A stretch of 20,575 bases of DNA from Fidelibacterota bacterium (GTDB lineage: Bacteria > Fidelibacterota > Marinisomatia > Marinisomatales > JABMOV01), in assembly GCA_046861395.1 (NCBI GenBank), contig JBHHUC010000036.1, positions 1 to 20,575 on the forward strand. Direction: 5' to 3'. This document shows, piece by piece, positions 17,830 through 20,575 of this stretch. The notes beneath the pieces were generated by a model. The model was not told where the DNA came from, searched no databases, and saw only the letters and a program-made list of their open reading frames with translations. How positions within the stretch are numbered: position 1 is the first letter of the stretch; every line of letters starts with the position of its first letter. The translations under genes and the position numbers were made by a program.

Positions 17830-19473
17830 TTACGTCGCACAACAACTAAGCTGGGTGACGTCCTTCCTGAAGGTAATGGCCGCCAGCTTGATGCCTTCCG
17901 ACATAGTCAGGTAGGGATGAAACATGCCCACCAGTTCCCGGACGGTGATTCCGAATTTGATGGCCAGGCTCACTTCCATGATCAATTCTCCGCCTTCGGG
18001 AGCCAGAATGCGGGCGCCCACCAGTTTGTCGGTGGATGTGTCCCGGATCAGCGTAATGAAGCCCCGGGTGTCCCGGGCGGCGATGGCGCGGGGAACATGT
18101 TCCAGGGATAAAGTAGTGGCTTCGGCGGAAATGCCACGTTCCGCAGCCTGCATTTCATCCAGACCCACACCCGAAACCTGGGGATCGGTGAAAATCACCC
18201 AGGGCAGGACGGAATAATCCCGTGGCGTTTCCTCACTGGTGAGGGCATTCCGGGCCGCCAGTTTTCCTTCGTACGCGGCAGTATAAACGAACATGTTTTC
18301 GCCCAGCACATCCCCGGCGGCGTAGGTCGTGGGAATGGTCGTCGCCAGCGTATCTTGCGTGACAATGGCGCCCTGGCCGGTGAGCTTTACGCCCATGTTT
18401 TCCAGATTCATTCCCGTTGTGTTGGGTCGGCGGCCCGTGGCCACCAGGGTTTTCTCAGCCCGGAAGGTTTGGGTTTCCCCGCCGATTCGGGAAGTGACTT
18501 CGATCTGTCCCTTCACCTCACGCACCGATTGCACATCGTTACCGGTGACAATCTCCAGTCCTTCCTCCCGAAGGTAGTCCGTGAGCCGATCGGTGAGGTC
18601 CGCCGTTTCCGTGGGCAGGATGCGCGGAGAACGCTGGAGCACCGTAACCCGGGTTCCCAGACGGGCAAACATCTGAGCGATTTCCAGGGCAATGTAACGT
18701 CCGCCCAGGACAATCAGCGATTCGGGCAAGGCGTCCAGTTCGAAGGCTTCCACGTTGGTGAGGTAAGGTACGTCCTTCAGTCCGGGAATGTCGGGGATGA
18801 AGGGCCGGGCGCCCGTGGCAATCAGAATTCTATCACCGGCAATGATTTCGCCGTTAACTTCCACGGAATTTTCGGAGACCAGCCGGGCTCGTCCCTGAAC
18901 CAGCCGGAAGTCATCCATGTTTTTAATGATGTCGATATATTTTTTCTGGCGTAGTTCTCCCACCAGGTCCGTTTTCTGTTTCCGGAGGGAAGCAAAATCG
19001 GTGAGCCGGCCTTCCGTGGCCAGGCCCGGAAAAGGGTTCTGCTGTGCTTTGTGGAGGACTTCGGCGGCGCGGATCAGATTCTTAGAGGGAACGCAGCCTA
19101 CGTTGACGCAAGTGCCACCGATGGGCAGGCCGTCGTTAATCATGGTGACTCGAGCGCCCTGATCGCGGGCTTCGATGGTGGCGGCAAAAGCAGCGGAGCC
19201 CCCGCCAATGATGATCAGATGTTGCGTGCCGGAATCACCGGTCACGTTGGGTTCGCGGATATCGGTCACCGTGTAATGCGTTTTTTCATTGATGACGTCG
19301 GCAATGCTCTCCGCGTCGATCTGGTCCGGTTGAAACGTGACCCGGGCCGAGCCGTCGGGGTAACTCACCGACTTTTCCAGGATGCCGTCCAGATTCAGGG
19401 TCTTGGCCACGGTTTCGGCGCAACTGTCGCAGGTCATGCCCTGAATATCCAGTTTAATCGTTTTCATTTTCAT
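17830..19473 (-). CDS. merA: Mercuric reductase
   Basis: N-terminal HMA domain GMTCDSC, GGGSAA, redox pair GGTCVNVGCVPSK, FVYTAAYEG, FHPYLTMSEGIKL and the C-terminal vicinal Cys pair LSCCAT. Confidence 0.96.
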   Translation of the reverse strand: MKMKTIKLDIQGMTCDSCAETVAKTLNLDGILEKSVSYPDGSARVTFQPDQIDAESIADVINEKTHYTVTDIREPNVTGDSGTQHLIIIGGGSAAFAATIEARDQGARVTMINDGLPIGGTCVNVGCVPSKNLIRAAEVLHKAQQNPFPGLATEGRLTDFASLRKQKTDLVGELRQKKYIDIIKNMDDFRLVQGRARLVSENSVEVNGEIIAGDRILIATGARPFIPDIPGLKDVPYLTNVEAFELDALPESLIVLGGRYIALEIAQMFARLGTRVTVLQRSPRILPTETADLTDRLTDYLREEGLEIVTGNDVQSVREVKGQIEVTSRIGGETQTFRAEKTLVATGRRPNTTGMNLENMGVKLTGQGAIVTQDTLATTIPTTYAAGDVLGENMFVYTAAYEGKLAARNALTSEETPRDYSVLPWVIFTDPQVSGVGLDEMQAAERGISAEATTLSLEHVPRAIAARDTRGFITLIRDTSTDKLVGARILAPEGGELIMEVSLAIKFGITVRELVGMFHPYLTMSEGIKLAAITFRKDVTQLSCCAT

Positions 19474-19492
19474 GGTTTCATCTCACAAACAT

Positions 19493-20107
19493 TCAATGGA
19501 CCGTGGATTCATACCCGGCGTTGCGGGTGGCTTTCAGGAGGTCGCGGGTTGATATTTTCGAGGGATCGTACCGGACGGTGGCGGTCTTGGCTTCAAAACT
19601 GGCGCTGGCTTCGATCACACCGTCCACCCGTTGCAGGCTTTTCCGGATCGTCACCGGACAGGAAGCGCAGGTCATGCCGGGCACATCCAGAACCACTTCC
19701 CGCAGGTTGGTATTAACGGCCATCGGTTCTTTACGATCGGCAAATACAACCGGTGATAGATAAGGAACCGCCAGTAATCCCAGGATGAGAACGGTCACGG
19801 TCCAGAGGGTGATTTTATTGATCCGGTCCGATTTGGGATTGGCGCAATAGGTTCCCGGTGCGCAGTCTTCCGCCTTCGGTTGCCGGTAAATTTTGTAGAA
19901 AGCGTACCCCAGGAAGATCAGGGTCAGAGCCATCAGGTAAGGACGAAACGGTTCGAAGGCCGTGAGCGTTCCTACCCAGGCGCCGCCGATGCCCAGTCCT
20001 AACAACACAAGTGGACCCACACAGCAAATTGAAGCGGCCAAAGCCGCCAGACCAGCGGCGATCAGTCCCTTGTTCGAATCTTTTTTCGGTTCTTTTTTTA
20101 ATTCCAT
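19493..20107 (-). CDS. merT: MerT-MerP fusion (mercury transporter with a C-terminal HMA domain)
   Basis: ASICCVGPLVL in TM1, GIGGAW, EPFRPY and the loop Cys pair CAPGTYC. These are followed in the same frame by VPGMTCASCPVTIRKSL...NAGY (MerP-like). Confidence 0.92.
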   Translation of the reverse strand: MELKKEPKKDSNKGLIAAGLAALAASICCVGPLVLLGLGIGGAWVGTLTAFEPFRPYLMALTLIFLGYAFYKIYRQPKAEDCAPGTYCANPKSDRINKITLWTVTVLILGLLAVPYLSPVVFADRKEPMAVNTNLREVVLDVPGMTCASCPVTIRKSLQRVDGVIEASASFEAKTATVRYDPSKISTRDLLKATRNAGYESTVH

Positions 20108-20148
20108 GTTTTCCTCAATCTTTTTTGTTTCTAACCGTTAGATGCATC

Positions 20149-20167
20149 ATACCTTGGTACAGGGTTT
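20149..20167 (-). promoter_or_regulatory. Imperfect MerR-type operator upstream of merT
   Basis: The minus strand reads AAACCCT-GTAC-CAAG-GTAT-GAT, i.e. a GTAC-N4-GTAC core with one mismatch, overlapping a TATGAT -10-like hexamer. No canonical -35 is found at 19 bp. Confidence 0.5.
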
Positions 20168-20224
20168 CACAATTTTTTCGCCTTGCGCGTCAAATGTCCG
20201 GAGCAGGACACTTTTCCCGGAGAA

Positions 20225-20575
20225 TCAGCCCTCTTTTTCAAAAGCATCCAGGATGGGACATTCGCTGGCAGGACCGGTGCCGTGACAGGTGGCCACCAGG
20301 GTGGACAGGGCGGCTCTGATTTTATTCAGCTCCCGAATTTTTTCATTAATGACTTTGATCTTGGCTTCGCCTTTTTGCCGTACCTGTTGGCAGGTGGAGG
20401 TCGAATGGACCCTCAGGTCCAGGAGTTCCCGGATCTCTTTCAGGGTAAATCCGTGCCGTTTCGCCAGGGCGATGAAATGGAGGCGTTTCACATCACTCTC
20501 GGTATACAGACGATAACCGGCCGGCGTACGGTTCGGCTCCGGGAGTAATTGATTCCGTTCATAAAACCGGATGGT
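20225..20575 (-). CDS. merR: Hg(II)-responsive MerR-family regulator, 5'-truncated by the window edge
   Basis: The frame is open from 20575: TIRFYERNQLLPEPNRTPAGYRLY...HGFTLKEIRELL. Three Cys lie in C-x34-C-x8-C spacing, equal to Tn501/Tn21 MerR C82/C117/C126. The gene is adjacent to merT. Confidence 0.88.
   Translation of the reverse strand, partial: TIRFYERNQLLPEPNRTPAGYRLYTESDVKRLHFIALAKRHGFTLKEIRELLDLRVHSTSTCQQVRQKGEAKIKVINEKIRELNKIRAALSTLVATCHGTGPASECPILDAFEKEG

Noticed and set aside
19493..19495. Sec readthrough at the TGA stops of merTP, the thioredoxin, xdhD or the FAD subunit
   Set aside because: These TGAs fall at the expected domain ends rather than at Cys-equivalent positions, and the next gene follows closely.
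16295..19716. Long alternative-frame or antisense ORFs (16295-17149, 16654-17169, 18355-18954, 19051-19716; likewise 1988-2641 and 6147-6767)
   Set aside because: They overlap well-supported genes and have no motifs, as is typical of shadow ORFs.
1..20575. CRISPR arrays, tRNA (including selC), rRNA and IS elements
   Set aside because: None were recognised. The intergenic gaps are short and lack the expected repeats or cloverleaf motifs.

Overview
The window holds two convergent blocks. The + strand block (1-15091) is an anaerobic purine/urate-catabolism-type cluster. It runs: 5'-truncated ygeW carbamoyltransferase, two fold-type-II PLP enzymes, xanthine-dehydrogenase-family 2Fe-2S and FAD subunits, ygfK, an 8-oxoguanine-deaminase-like amidohydrolase, a ygfM-like FAD subunit, a split xdhD, and a cystathionine gamma-lyase-family enzyme. 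The 2Fe-2S part of the split xdhD has lost one of its two cluster motifs. The - strand block (15182-20575) is a mercury-resistance module: merR (5'-truncated), a merT-merP fusion, merA, a CxxC thioredoxin-fold protein, a doubled CcdA/DsbD-like membrane protein, and an exported beta-barrel-like protein. The most notable observation is in that last gene. The ORF track starts it at 15985, but the frame extends to an ATG at 16120 that has an RBS and encodes a signal peptide. The signal peptide is followed by two in-frame TGA codons in CxxC spacing (Q-U-P-L-U-S) and then a hairpin with bacterial SECIS geometry. This suggests an unannotated di-selenocysteine (UxxU) envelope selenoprotein sitting behind a mer operon. 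All calls are by manual reading; no database searches were run.
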